64,000 bases of DNA from Lama glama. Lineage: Eukaryota. The notes under the pieces are model-generated. The model searched no databases, had not been told where the DNA came from, and worked only from the letters and a program-made list of their open reading frames with translations. The DNA lies in assembly GCA_028534125.1 (NCBI GenBank), contig CM052816.1, positions 52,454,001-52,518,000 of the forward strand, given 5' to 3'. Below are positions 63,581 to 64,000 of this stretch, one piece after another. The first letter of the stretch is position 1. The number at the start of each line of letters is the position of its first letter. The position numbers and the translations under genes are program-made.

Positions 63581-64000
63581 TCTGAAACATTTAAAAAAAA
63601 AGAACTAATGTGGAAGTATGAAAAGTAATAGTGACTCCCCCCCGCCCCCAACACCACCCTGTCCGGTAACCACTGTTGACGATATGGTGTGTATCCTTTC
63701 ATTCCTTTTCTATGCATTTCTGTGGCTATACAATTTTTTAAAACATGAATGTGATTATACATATTTTCCTCCTTGAGGTTTTTTTGGTTTTTGGTTTTTG
63801 GTTTTTTTTTTTTAAACTTGGCAATAAGTGATGGGCCCGGCTTTCCCTGTTACTGCATGGAGATTCTTTTTGGATGTCCTTTGACTGATCCAAAGTTTCT
63901 ATTGGATCATAATTTGTTATAACATAGGATATACCTGAGATAGACATTTAGGCATTAGAATAACCTAGGATAGACATTTAGGCTCATTGTGCAACAGACT

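Noticed and set aside
63939..63983. Short direct repeat GATAGACATTTAGGC, two copies
   Set aside because: Only two copies, probably within an old L1 remnant. Not an array.
1..64000. CRISPR arrays, operons or prokaryote-type systems
   Set aside because: The sequence is clearly mammalian, and I saw no regularly spaced repeat-spacer structure.

Overview
This is mammalian genomic DNA, very probably camelid, judged from six vic-1-like tRNA-derived SINEs. It consists of three contigs joined by two gaps of exactly 500 N (8074-8573 and 28235-28734). The main gene is SERINC5. Coding exons 3-11 lie on the + strand (40578-63046), with canonical GT-AG sites and a continuous reading frame. The CpG-island promoter and coding exon 1 (MSAQCCAGQ|gtgag) lie on the opposite strand at about 11.4 kb. 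I could not find exon 2 on either strand. The left part of the window is therefore inverted relative to the gene body, most likely a scaffolding error at the second gap, less likely a real inversion. Divergent from exon 1 is a heavily disabled single-exon SPZ1-like pseudogene (about 24.5-25.9 kb, + strand). Between exon 1 and this pseudogene, apparently unique DNA (14.6-20.7 kb) carries a chain of minus-strand exon-like segments that may be a decayed, unannotated multi-exon gene; this is speculative. The rest is intronic or intergenic DNA with L1, L2, MIR, LTR and DNA-transposon remnants and microsatellites. Repeat family names and human protein comparisons are from memory, not from database searches.
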